Shown: in pieces, positions 39,119 to 48,045 of the stretch
Layout of the letters: every line of letters begins with the position of its first letter
Numbering within the stretch: position 1 is the first letter of the stretch
IMG/VR virus record: IMGVR_UViG_3300037076_000416
Span: 7,172-71,171 of that record
DNA length: 64,000 nucleotides
From: a virus
Strand: one strand, 5' to 3'
Made by a program: the position numbers and the translations under genes
The notes under the pieces: generated by a model
The model's database searches: none
What the model was told of the DNA's origin: nothing
What the model saw: only the letters and a program-made list of their open reading frames with translations

Positions 39119-42100
39119 CCCGCCCTCGCGAGGGTGAGGCCCCGCCGGCGGGCCTCGTCGTCGAGGTGGTCATAGATCGAGCGGGCGAACGCCCGCGCCT
39201 CCGCCTCGGTGCCGGCCAGGGAGCCGGCAGAGATCGTGATCCCGCCGTTGATCGTCAGGCCGCCCCCGCCCAGACCCTCGAGCGTCGGCCGGATCGTGCC
39301 GGCGGTCTCGGGCACGAACAACTCAGCCCGGCGCTCGCCCACGATGTACGGCACGCCCGCATCGACCGCCCCACCACCGGCCCTGGCCGCGGCCTTGATC
39401 GTCGTGATGGAGAACGTGGTCTCGGCCTTGACCAGCGCCGAGGTGTACGACCGCAGGCCATCGGCGAACGACTGGCCGAGCGCCGCCCCGGCAGCCGCAT
39501 AGGTCACGCCGCTCGCCGCGAGGAGTGCCACGACCTTCGCGTTGGTCGCCTTCCAGGCCGCCGGATGCTTGTCGAGGTACGTCTGGAGCGCCGCCATCTC
39601 CTTGTCGTAGGCGGTCGTCTGCGCGGCGAAGCGGGCGTCCTCGGCGGTACTCGCGTCCTTCGCGAGCAGGTCGTTGGCGTCCTTCTGGAGCGTCAGCGCA
39701 TCGATCTTGGTCCGCGCGTCGGCCTCCAGCCTCGCGATGTTCTGCTCGGCGAGGTAGTCGGAGAGGGCCTGCTGCGCCGATGCGAGCGCGGCGGGATCCG
39801 CCGCGGTCCCGACCGCGGCCTGCAACTCGGCGAGCCGACGCGCGTCCTGGACGTCCGCGAGCGCCTTCCGGGCCGCGTCCACTCCGGCGTTGATCGCGCC
39901 GATCTGGCTGTCGAGTTGCGCGTTCGCGAGGCTCCGGGTGTCATCGATCGCCCGCAGGTTCTTGGAGTGGAGATCATCGAAGAACGTGCGGGCCGCGGTG
40001 TTCACCTTCTCGAACGCCGCCGACAGGTTCGTCTTTGCGTCGTCGGCGAGGGTCCGAAGTTTCGCCTTGGCGCTGTCGGCCGCCGTCCCGGCGCCGCCGG
40101 TCGCCGTCGCGAACCGATCCGCGGCGGTGACTCCGGATCCGCCGAGCATCGCGATCGACGCCTCCAGTTGGGCGTTCGCGGTGTTCGACCCAACCGTCTT
40201 GCTGATCGCGGCGACCTGGGCCTGATAGCTCGGGTACAGCTCCTCGGTCTTGGTGATGACCCCTTGGAGTGCCGTGACCATGGGGGCCAGCGCCGCGCCG
40301 AACAGGCCCGTGGTCGGGAGGCTCGCGATCGTGGAGCGCAGCCCGTCGGCGAGTGCCAAGGCCGCGTTCCGGCCAGCCACGAAACCTGGCCCCTTGAGCG
40401 CATCGAGGTAGGCAAGGATGGACATCGCCGTGTTGGCCGAGGCCTCGCGCACGGCCGGGTCGCCGGCGTTGAGGCCGTCGACGAGGGCCTTCGCGTGGAG
40501 CGCGCCGGCGAGCATCGTCTTGACCTTCGCGAGGTCGAGCGGCTTGTGGAAGGCGTTCATCAGGACGTTTCCGGAGGCGACAATCGCAGCCGCCGCCGAC
40601 TCGGCGCCCTTGCCGAACTCGATGCCGGCGTCCACTCCCGCGTCGCGGGCCGCGTTCGCCTTCTCCTTGATCGCGAACGTCAGATCCTCGGCCATCGCTG
40701 CACCGGCCTCCGAGGGTGCCGGGCTTCCACGCCCGCCGGCCGCCAGGCTCTCCGCCCATCCCCGCCCGGCCGCGTCGCCGGCGTCCTTCTGCCGAGCGAG
40801 GATCTGCGCGTTGACCACGTCCAGGTCGGACTGAAGACTCTTGAGTTGGTCGCCGTAGAGCAGCGTCCCGAAGGGCAGGTTGGCGATCTTCTCGATGCCG
40901 GCAACGATCGCCGCGCGGGCGGTCTCCATCTCGGCGAGGGTGGCGGTCTTGACGTACTCGGTGGTCTGCGTCGCGATCGCGTCGGCCTGCTTGTTGAGGC
41001 CGTCGTTGATCATCGCCCAGGCGGCGACGACGGCCGCCGCAGCGACGAGGGGCAGTGCCAGGGTGAGGCCGGCGCCGAAGATCGATCCGGCCTTGGTGCC
41101 GGCAGTCATCCACGGCGCCACGTTCGCGGTGAGGGCAGCGGCCAACTGGGGGGCCACCTGCGAGCCGAGGATGCCGGCCGCGCCCCCGATCCCCGCGAAC
41201 AGCACGCGGGTCAACTGGGGCCCGAGGAGCGCGGCCACCATCAGCAGGTCGCCCATGTTCGTGCCGATCCCGGCCAGGCCGCCTTGGAAGTCGTGCAGCA
41301 TGAGCAGCGCCTTGCCGGCGAACGTGTTGTCGTTGATCTCGCCGGCCTTCGCGACGGCATCGGTGTACTGCTCGACGGTCGGGACGAAGGACGCGAGGGC
41401 CTGCCCGGGCTTAAGCAGGGACGCGACCAGGCCGCCCACCCGCTTCCCGAACAGGTCCTGAGCCTTCTGCGTCCGCTCGAACGCGTCAGCCGTGTTGGAG
41501 ATGTCGGCGATGACGGTGTTGAACTCCTCCGGCGAGTGGACCTTGGAGAGCGCCGTCTGGAAGCCCTGGGCCGCGCGGTCGGCGGTCACGCCGGCCTTCG
41601 CGAAGAGGTTGACGATCCCGAGGGTCTGATCGGTGGACCAGCCGGCGGCGGCCATCGTCGGCGCGAACTTGATCAGGGAGTCCACCACGGCGTTCGCGTT
41701 GACGCCGAGAACCTGGGCGCTCGCGGTGACCTTGTCCATCATCACCGGCATATCGGCGAGGGAGATGACGCCCGTCTTGACCAGGGAGTTGAAGCGGTCC
41801 ACGGCCTCCGCCGCGGTCCCGCCGACGATCTCGGCGTAGTCGAGGAAGTTGGCGGCGAGGGCCGTTGCGGCCGCCCCGGTGATGTCGAAGTGGGTCTTGA
41901 GGCCGATCTTGGTGTCCGCGATCTCGGCGTAGGTCTGGTGGGCGTTCTTGTAGAGATCGTTGAGCGCCGCGGAGAACACCTTGGCGTCCTCGGTCGAGGC
42001 GCCCGTCTGGACCCGGTACTCGCCGGCCAACTCGTTGAGTTGGGTCGCGCCGGTCACGGCGGACGCGAGCCCCGCGCCAACGCCGGCCCCGATCGCGCCG

Positions 42101-42243
42101 CCGATCGCCTTGTTGATCTTGCCCGAGAGGCGCGCCGCCATCGTGGTGCCGGCCGAGTCGGCGGCCTTCGCGGCGGATGCTTCAAAGGCGCCCGTGTCCA
42201 GGTTGAGCCGGACGAGGGCGAACAGGTCTGCGACGACGCTCAT
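39115..42243 (-). CDS. Tail tape measure protein
   Basis: 1042 aa, Ala-rich helical; C-terminal RAGGGAV..G.PYIVGERRAELFVP. Confidence 0.9.
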   Translation of the reverse strand: MSVVADLFALVRLNLDTGAFEASAAKAADSAGTTMAARLSGKINKAIGGAIGAGVGAGLASAVTGATQLNELAGEYRVQTGASTEDAKVFSAALNDLYKNAHQTYAEIADTKIGLKTHFDITGAAATALAANFLDYAEIVGGTAAEAVDRFNSLVKTGVISLADMPVMMDKVTASAQVLGVNANAVVDSLIKFAPTMAAAGWSTDQTLGIVNLFAKAGVTADRAAQGFQTALSKVHSPEEFNTVIADISNTADAFERTQKAQDLFGKRVGGLVASLLKPGQALASFVPTVEQYTDAVAKAGEINDNTFAGKALLMLHDFQGGLAGIGTNMGDLLMVAALLGPQLTRVLFAGIGGAAGILGSQVAPQLAAALTANVAPWMTAGTKAGSIFGAGLTLALPLVAAAAVVAAWAMINDGLNKQADAIATQTTEYVKTATLAEMETARAAIVAGIEKIANLPFGTLLYGDQLKSLQSDLDVVNAQILARQKDAGDAAGRGWAESLAAGGRGSPAPSEAGAAMAEDLTFAIKEKANAARDAGVDAGIEFGKGAESAAAAIVASGNVLMNAFHKPLDLAKVKTMLAGALHAKALVDGLNAGDPAVREASANTAMSILAYLDALKGPGFVAGRNAALALADGLRSTIASLPTTGLFGAALAPMVTALQGVITKTEELYPSYQAQVAAISKTVGSNTANAQLEASIAMLGGSGVTAADRFATATGGAGTAADSAKAKLRTLADDAKTNLSAAFEKVNTAARTFFDDLHSKNLRAIDDTRSLANAQLDSQIGAINAGVDAARKALADVQDARRLAELQAAVGTAADPAALASAQQALSDYLAEQNIARLEADARTKIDALTLQKDANDLLAKDASTAEDARFAAQTTAYDKEMAALQTYLDKHPAAWKATNAKVVALLAASGVTYAAAGAALGQSFADGLRSYTSALVKAETTFSITTIKAAARAGGGAVDAGVPYIVGERRAELFVPETAGTIRPTLEGLGGGGLTINGGITISAGSLAGTEAEARAFARSIYDHLDDEARRRGLTLARAG

Positions 42244-42459
42244 CTAGTGGACCTTCACGATGCCCAACTCGGAGAGCTTCCCGAGCGCGGCCAGGTACTC
42301 GGTCACCGACTGGGGTGGACGCGCGGGCAGGTACGACGGGCGGGGCAGGTCCGGCAGCTTGGTCACCGCGAGGCCATACGTCGGCACCGCGGCGCGCTCG
42401 AGGGCGTCGTGGACCGCCACGAAGATCTCGCCCATCCGGTCCCTGCGCTCCCCGGTCAT
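42244..42459 (-). CDS. Tail assembly chaperone, downstream (gpT-like) part
   Basis: Frame open upstream with protein-like EFYEWAIANWHYRSPADVEGSLTIRQVTLLY. Confidence 0.55.
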   Translation of the reverse strand: MTGERRDRMGEIFVAVHDALERAAVPTYGLAVTKLPDLPRPSYLPARPPQSVTEYLAALGKLSELGIVKVH

Positions 42460-42938
42460 CCGCTCCTGCGCCTTCCGGTAGAGGAGCGTGACTTGGCGGA
42501 TCGTGAGTGACCCTTCAACGTCGGCGGGGCTGCGGTAGTGCCAGTTGGCGATCGCCCACTCGTAGAACTCGCCTGGGCCGACGCGACGGCCGCCCGAGCG
42601 ATCCCCACCACGAGCGCCACCTGGCTGGATGCTTGGGGGAATGCCACCTCGGTCAACTTGGAGTAGATCGCATCGATCTCGCGCTCGGTCGCGTTCTCCA
42701 AGTCGCCCAGGGCGTGCGTCACGTCATAGGCCAGGATCAACTCGCGCTCCGAGTCGGCGATCGCTTGGACGCCTTCCGGGGTGTCGCTCGGATAAGCCGC
42801 CAGCCTGAGGAACGACTCCTGGAGCTGGTTCTGCCAGGCCCGGTTGGCCCGCCAGACCAACTCCGGGACCAGGATCGTCTTGCCCCCGACGACGAACGGG
42901 AGGAGGCCGGATGCGACCTCCTCCTCCTCGCTCGGCAT
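42456..42938 (-). CDS. Tail assembly chaperone (gpG-like)
   Basis: Between the tail tube and tape measure genes. Confidence 0.65.
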   Translation of the reverse strand: MPSEEEEVASGLLPFVVGGKTILVPELVWRANRAWQNQLQESFLRLAAYPSDTPEGVQAIADSERELILAYDVTHALGDLENATEREIDAIYSKLTEVAFPQASSQVALVVGIARAAVASAQASSTSGRSPTGTTAAPPTLKGHSRSAKSRSSTGRRRSG

Positions 42939-42943
42939 GGCGG

Positions 42944-43702
42944 TCAGCCGACCTCGATCTTGATCGGGACCAGGGTGGGATCCGCGCCGTCATAGTGGCC
43001 GTGCATGACGACGTGGCTCCCGGCGATCGCCGAGTCCGACATCTCCACGTCGAGGGTGCCTTCGGAGAGGGCCTTGGTGACGGTGACCTTGAGGTGCCGG
43101 CCGTCCACGCCGAGCCCGTCGAGGATGACGTCCTGGAATGCCGCCGAGGCGACGCGGCCGATCCGCCAGGTCGTGATCGTGGTGCCGGCGTCGTCCACCA
43201 TGACGACGGCGTCACCGGAGTCGTGGTTGAACCGCAGCGGCTTCTCGGTCGCGACCGTCAGGCCGGACACGTAGCCGACGACCTTGACGATCTCGGTCTC
43301 ACCGGCGTCGCCGACTTTGAGGAACTTCCCGGTTGCGATGTTGGTTGAGGCCGTGAGGACCAGCGCGGACGCGCCCGCCACCGAGTCCGCGCTCAGCGTC
43401 GTGGCGAGGCCGAGCGTGACCGTGATGGTGCCGGTCCCGACGACGGACGTGGCACCCGGCATCGACCAGGCGATCTTGGCGGCCGACAACTCATTGACGT
43501 CGAACTCGACCGAGACATCGACCTTGGTGTTGAACACGGCGCCCGCGAGCGCCCCGCCGGCGCCCTGGAACTCGGGCTTGATCTGGGTGGCCTTGACCGA
43601 CGCCTTGGGCGCCGTTTCGGTGGCCCCGACCTCGACGCCGCCAACCGTGAGGCTGGCCGGCGCGCCGAAGAACAGGGCAGTCGTGTCGATGACCGTCGCC
43701 AT
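42944..43702 (-). CDS. Major tail tube protein
   Basis: GAAGGAG RBS before MATVIDT; beta-rich; synteny. Confidence 0.7.
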   Translation of the reverse strand: MATVIDTTALFFGAPASLTVGGVEVGATETAPKASVKATQIKPEFQGAGGALAGAVFNTKVDVSVEFDVNELSAAKIAWSMPGATSVVGTGTITVTLGLATTLSADSVAGASALVLTASTNIATGKFLKVGDAGETEIVKVVGYVSGLTVATEKPLRFNHDSGDAVVMVDDAGTTITTWRIGRVASAAFQDVILDGLGVDGRHLKVTVTKALSEGTLDVEMSDSAIAGSHVVMHGHYDGADPTLVPIKIEVG

Positions 43703-43716
43703 GCTGGTACTCCTTC

Positions 43717-44142
43717 CTAGGGGATGGGCTGGGTGCTGACGTTGAGCCGGAACACGCCGTAGGCGTAGGGCTGGCTGGTGCCGGGATCCTTGCCGAGCGT
43801 CGGGCCTCCCTCCACGACGCTGCCGAAGATCGGAAGGCCGGAGGCGGCGACGCGCGGGCCTCGCCGATGGAACACGCCAGCGCAGGCGAGATAGAGCACT
43901 TCGGCCGCCGGGAAGGTGGCCGCGTAGCAGCGCAACGCGAGCGTGACGCTCGACGTGGCGGTCCCGGCCTCCCACGGCGGGTCGAGGACCGCAAGGACGA
44001 TGAAGGGCAGATACGCACCGGCGCCCTTGGCGTCGCCGGCCGATGGCTCGGTGGGACGGATCCGGGTCGTGATCTCGGTCACGCCGGGAGCCGCGTACAA
44101 CTCATCGATGGCCGCGCCCAGGGGCGAGAGGATCGGGGTCAT
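43717..44142 (-). CDS. Tail terminator-like protein
   Basis: YLPFIVL, LRCYA; synteny; ATGA coupling. Confidence 0.65.
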   Translation of the reverse strand: MTPILSPLGAAIDELYAAPGVTEITTRIRPTEPSAGDAKGAGAYLPFIVLAVLDPPWEAGTATSSVTLALRCYAATFPAAEVLYLACAGVFHRRGPRVAASGLPIFGSVVEGGPTLGKDPGTSQPYAYGVFRLNVSTQPIP

Positions 44143-44612
44143 GACATGCCCGGCTTCACGCGCCGAGCGACCGCCGGAGCGATGACCGCCTCCGAAGCGC
44201 CCGCGACGTTGCGGTTGACAGCCGGCGTGAGGAACGGGCGGGCGATCTGGTGGATCGTCCCGAGTTCGTTGAGGTGGCCGAGCCGTGACGAGAAACCCAC
44301 GAACAGCACGACCTGGTTGAGCGGCGTGGCGAGGCCGCGGGGCTTGCCTTGGGTGTTGCCGGCGACCTTCTTCCCGAGCGCCCACACGCCGAGGACTCCG
44401 GTGTCGGCCAGCATCGGGACGCCGCGCTCCGCGGCTCTCTCGGGATCTCGGGGGGCGTTGGCGACGGCATCGTCGAGGATCCGTTGGCCGACGATCGCGA
44501 GACCGTCAGCCGCCCCGAGCATCACGTCGTTGAGCGCGGCCCGGTTCATGACGACCTTCTTCGCCCGGTTCGCGATGATCTTGGCGGAGGGAGCGCGGCT
44601 GTACGGCATCAC
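44139..44612 (-). CDS. HK97 gp10-like neck protein
   Basis: HLNELGT..QIARPFLTPAV. Confidence 0.75.
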   Translation of the reverse strand: MMPYSRAPSAKIIANRAKKVVMNRAALNDVMLGAADGLAIVGQRILDDAVANAPRDPERAAERGVPMLADTGVLGVWALGKKVAGNTQGKPRGLATPLNQVVLFVGFSSRLGHLNELGTIHQIARPFLTPAVNRNVAGASEAVIAPAVARRVKPGMS

Positions 44613-45196
44613 TCGATCGCCTGGAGATCGAGCTTCAGATGGTGGTCCTGGCCGGCCTGGTCGTGGATCCCGAGGATGTCGTAGCGGATCCCGTCATGGC
44701 TGACCCAGGCCGCCGTCGTCAGGCCCGCCAGGGGCCAGATGTAGGCCACGTGGCTGCTCACGACGGCGCCACCCTGGGACAGGATGGCCGCCTCGCGCGC
44801 CGTACGTGGCTGGATCAGCCCGTCAACGGTCGCCAGGATCGCGGGGCCTTCGACGGGCTGGTGGTACGCATCGAGGATCGGGACGCCGGTGCCGTCGACC
44901 TGTCGGATCGGATCGCCCTGGTGGTGGCGGACGGCGAGCGGCGTAGTGAGCGCGGCGCTCGTGGTGGTCGCGGTGATGACCTGGACGATCTCGGATTCGC
45001 CGGGATCTCCCACCCGAAGGTACGCGCCATCCGACGGGGCGACGAGAAGCGCGGCGTAGGCGAGCGCGGCGGTTCCGGTCGGGGCGTCCGCGGTAAGCGT
45101 CGTGTCCGCGCCACCGGCGGTGTCAGGCCCGCCGGCGGTTTGCGTGGCCGTCCCGTGGATGACCAACGTGTCCCGGAACAGATCGCCGAGGCTCAC
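44609..45196 (-). CDS. Head closure/stopper protein with inserted module
   Basis: DAYHQP...DGIRYDILGIHDQAGQDHHLKLDL. Confidence 0.7.
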   Translation of the reverse strand: MSLGDLFRDTLVIHGTATQTAGGPDTAGGADTTLTADAPTGTAALAYAALLVAPSDGAYLRVGDPGESEIVQVITATTTSAALTTPLAVRHHQGDPIRQVDGTGVPILDAYHQPVEGPAILATVDGLIQPRTAREAAILSQGGAVVSSHVAYIWPLAGLTTAAWVSHDGIRYDILGIHDQAGQDHHLKLDLQAIE

Positions 45197-45765
45197 GTCG
45201 GCTCCATCGCGGAGTGGATCCGCATGGCGTAGGCGGGCCGGCGGAGGAGGACGGAGCGGGCCAGGTTGCCCCGGCTCATCCGGCCCGCCGACAGCCCGCG
45301 GGTGTACTGGTAGTCGCCGATCGTCTCGGAGTCGAGGCCCGTCTCGCCGACGGTGCCGCGGACGAGCTCGATCACGGCGCGCTTGACCGCGGCCGTGTCG
45401 GAGGGCGTGTACGTGGCGGTCACGGTGCCCTGCCAGCCGAGGTAGAGCTGTCGCCAGGGTGGATCATCGGCAAGGTCCGGGGTCCAGATCCGCCGGATCA
45501 TCCCGCTCGAGGGCGTGAACAGGAACTCGCTGGCGGCGAGCGTGCGGCCGGCATCCGTCATGACGACGGACTCGGCCCGGCGCCGGAGGTAGAGCGGCGT
45601 GTCGCCAATCCCGGGCATGAACGTGTCGGTGCGCTCGCCCGTGAGGGGGCCAACGCGACCGGCGAGCCATGCCTCTTCCCGATCGATGACCGCCTGCAGG
45701 TCGACATCGCTGAGGCGCGAACGCACGAGCGCCCGAACGGCAGCGATGTCGACGAGAGACGGCAT
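45193..45765 (-). CDS. Head-tail connector/adaptor
   Basis: AVKRAVIELV..SETIGDYQYT. Confidence 0.75.
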   Translation of the reverse strand: MPSLVDIAAVRALVRSRLSDVDLQAVIDREEAWLAGRVGPLTGERTDTFMPGIGDTPLYLRRRAESVVMTDAGRTLAASEFLFTPSSGMIRRIWTPDLADDPPWRQLYLGWQGTVTATYTPSDTAAVKRAVIELVRGTVGETGLDSETIGDYQYTRGLSAGRMSRGNLARSVLLRRPAYAMRIHSAMEPT

Positions 45766-45767
45766 GG

Positions 45768-46058
45768 CTACTTCCGCCCGCGCCTGGCAGGGGCCGGCTC
45801 AGGTTCGGTGACGAGCGCCTCCACGGCGAGCGCCGTCTCGGCGGCAGCCTGCTTGGCTGGGTTGCCCACGAACACCTCGCCCCCGCGGATCGGCTTGGGG
45901 CCGACTCCGTGGATGCCAGGCGCGACGACGAGCGGCCCGTGAGGGTCCGCCTCGCCGGCGTTCGTCGGCGGGAGGAAGTCCTGCGGCTGCGGGTCCACCG
46001 CGGCGTCGCGGAGCGGCGTGCCGATGAGGATCGGCACGCCCGCGTCGCGAGCATCCAT
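45768..46058 (-). CDS. Small phage protein after the capsid gene
   Basis: GTPLRDAAVDPQPQDFLPPTNAGEADPHGPLVVAPGIH; TGATG coupling. Confidence 0.7.
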   Translation of the reverse strand: MDARDAGVPILIGTPLRDAAVDPQPQDFLPPTNAGEADPHGPLVVAPGIHGVGPKPIRGGEVFVGNPAKQAAAETALAVEALVTEPEPAPARRGRK

Positions 46059-47341
46059 CAGGCCACCTTGACGTTGCGGAGGACGGCGGCCGCGCGGCTC
46101 GACTTGAGCACGACGGCAACCGGCCCCATCTCGACCTCGCCGGTCTTGACTGCGCCCGCGGTGGAGAAGTCCGGGAGCCAGGTCTGGATCAACTGGCCCG
46201 GAACGGCAACTCCGTGGAAGCCGTCCATGCCGAACCGCACCGCGTAGATGCTGGTCAGGCCGCCGGGGTTGACGCTGTACGCGCCGGGCGTGGTCTCGGC
46301 CACGACGGCCGCGTGGCCTGCCCCGACGATGCCCGAGGCATCGATCGAGAGGAGCGGGACATCCACGCCGGCGTAGCGGCCGGCGAAGGTGACGACGAGC
46401 GGCGTGGTCCCGATCGGCGCGGCGCCGGTCGCCGACACGTCGCCGGAGTCGATGTTGGACAGCGCCTCAAGGGCGGTGACGATCGTCGCGGCGGTGGCCC
46501 CGAAGGCGATCGGCGCGGTCGTTTGCCCCTGGAACGTCAGGGTGAACGTGCCACTCGTCCAGGTGCCGGAGGCGGTGATCGTCTGGACCTCGTTGGTCCC
46601 GGCTGCGCGGTTCGGGATGACGAGATCGGCCACGCCGGCCTTCTCGCCCAGATCCACGAGCGGGATCCCGCGGAACGTCTCCTGCTCGACGCCGAAGGCG
46701 TCGGTGGCGGAGCGCAACTGGCCGGAGAACGCCGCGACCATGCCGAGGAGGGCCTTGGCGGTCCCGTTCATCAGGAGCGCGTCGGGCCGGCCGTCCATGA
46801 GCGCCAGCCAGGCGTTGATCCGGGCGACCGCGGCGATCGCGAGGGCCTGGGTGTTGACCGCGGTCAGGTCGAGAACCGGGCCGGCGACCTCCGTCGCGGT
46901 CCCCGAGAGCGCCTGGTTCAGGCCATCGAAGCCGTCCGTTGTCACGGAGTCGTTGCCGTTGATGACCTGGTCCGAGAAGTACGCCTTGGTCGCCTTGACC
47001 AACTGCGTCAACTGGAACGACACCTCCGACACGGCACCGATCCCGGTCAGCACGCGGTCGATCTGGAACGAGCCACCGAGCGGCCGCAGGTTGACCGTGT
47101 ACTGCGCCTTGGTGACCTCGGTCGGGCTGTATTCGGCGTTGATCGCGCGGAACGCGGCGGCCCGCTGGCTCACCTGGCGGGTGTAGCCGTAGACCAGCGT
47201 GGATCCGCCGCCGGCCGGGTTCACCGACTGGTCGAACGGGAGGCGGTCGAGGATGAACGACGACTTGCGAAACTCGTCGATGATCTGGTGGTCGATGGCG
47301 GTCGCTGCGTTCAGCGACGCCTGGGCAAGCGTGACTGGCAT
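46058..47341 (-). CDS. Major capsid protein with internal domain insertion
   Basis: MPVTLAQA..., FRAINAEY, LGGSFQIDRV, FDGL, TSIYAVRFGMDGFHG, GEVEMGP, AAAVLRNVKV. Confidence 0.88.
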   Translation of the reverse strand: MPVTLAQASLNAATAIDHQIIDEFRKSSFILDRLPFDQSVNPAGGGSTLVYGYTRQVSQRAAAFRAINAEYSPTEVTKAQYTVNLRPLGGSFQIDRVLTGIGAVSEVSFQLTQLVKATKAYFSDQVINGNDSVTTDGFDGLNQALSGTATEVAGPVLDLTAVNTQALAIAAVARINAWLALMDGRPDALLMNGTAKALLGMVAAFSGQLRSATDAFGVEQETFRGIPLVDLGEKAGVADLVIPNRAAGTNEVQTITASGTWTSGTFTLTFQGQTTAPIAFGATAATIVTALEALSNIDSGDVSATGAAPIGTTPLVVTFAGRYAGVDVPLLSIDASGIVGAGHAAVVAETTPGAYSVNPGGLTSIYAVRFGMDGFHGVAVPGQLIQTWLPDFSTAGAVKTGEVEMGPVAVVLKSSRAAAVLRNVKVA

Positions 47342-47349
47342 ATTTGGTG

Positions 47350-47424
47350 CTCCCGCGAGTAGGGAGACATCCCGCGTTCCGCCTTCACTCGCACTCGGGC
47401 GGAGGGATGGCGGCTAGCGCCGCC
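47350..47424 (-). promoter_or_regulatory. Predicted structured RNA over the capsid ribosome-binding site
   Basis: Three stems; loops GCGAGUG and UACUCGC are complementary; the GGGAG Shine-Dalgarno is paired in a stem. Confidence 0.55.
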
Positions 47425-47432
47425 GGTTCATT

Positions 47433-48038
47433 TCAGTGCTTCGTGTAGTGCGCTGCGATGGCCGACTCGAGGTCCTTGGCCTGCGCCGGTGCGCCCGTCT
47501 GGGCTCCGCGGGTGGGGCCGCCGGCTCCCCCCTGGGTGAACATCTCGGGGATGTCCGACTTCAGCTGTTCGACGGCCTTGTCGAGGTCTGTGACCTTGCC
47601 GGACTCGTCGACCTTCAGGCCTGCGATGAGGTCCGACCGCAACGCCAGCTCGAGGAGCGTCTCGTTCGTGGCGCCTGCCACCCGGAGGGCGGCCTCGACG
47701 CGGACCGACCGGATGCTCGTCTGCCACTTGGCCCGTTCCGCAGCCGTCGCGGCGTTGGTGGCCTCCTTGATCGCCTTCTCGGTCTCGGACAGGCCAGCGG
47801 CCCGCAGGGCCTCGAGCTCGGCCTGGACGGCCCGGAGGGCGTCCTGGGCTTCCTTGGCTGCCTTGCGCTCGGCGGCGATCGCCTTCTTCCCGGCCTCCCC
47901 CAGGGCGTCCGTGTCGCCCGTCGCGGGCGTGGCGGTCGCAGGCGTGGGATCGGATGCCGGGCTGACCGGCGTGGTCTGGGCCGGCGTCGCACCGGCCGCG
48001 GCGGGCGTCGCGCCCGCGGGAGTGGTCGTTTCGGGCAT
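47433..48038 (-). CDS. Capsid scaffolding protein
   Basis: LGEAGKKAIAAERKA, LSETEKA, coiled coil; between portal and capsid. Confidence 0.85.
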   Translation of the reverse strand: MPETTTPAGATPAAAGATPAQTTPVSPASDPTPATATPATGDTDALGEAGKKAIAAERKAAKEAQDALRAVQAELEALRAAGLSETEKAIKEATNAATAAERAKWQTSIRSVRVEAALRVAGATNETLLELALRSDLIAGLKVDESGKVTDLDKAVEQLKSDIPEMFTQGGAGGPTRGAQTGAPAQAKDLESAIAAHYTKH

Positions 48039-48045
48039 GGTGGTC

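Noticed and set aside
39166-42510. 1114-aa plus-strand ORF
   Set aside because: Antisense shadow of the tape measure gene, expected in high-GC DNA
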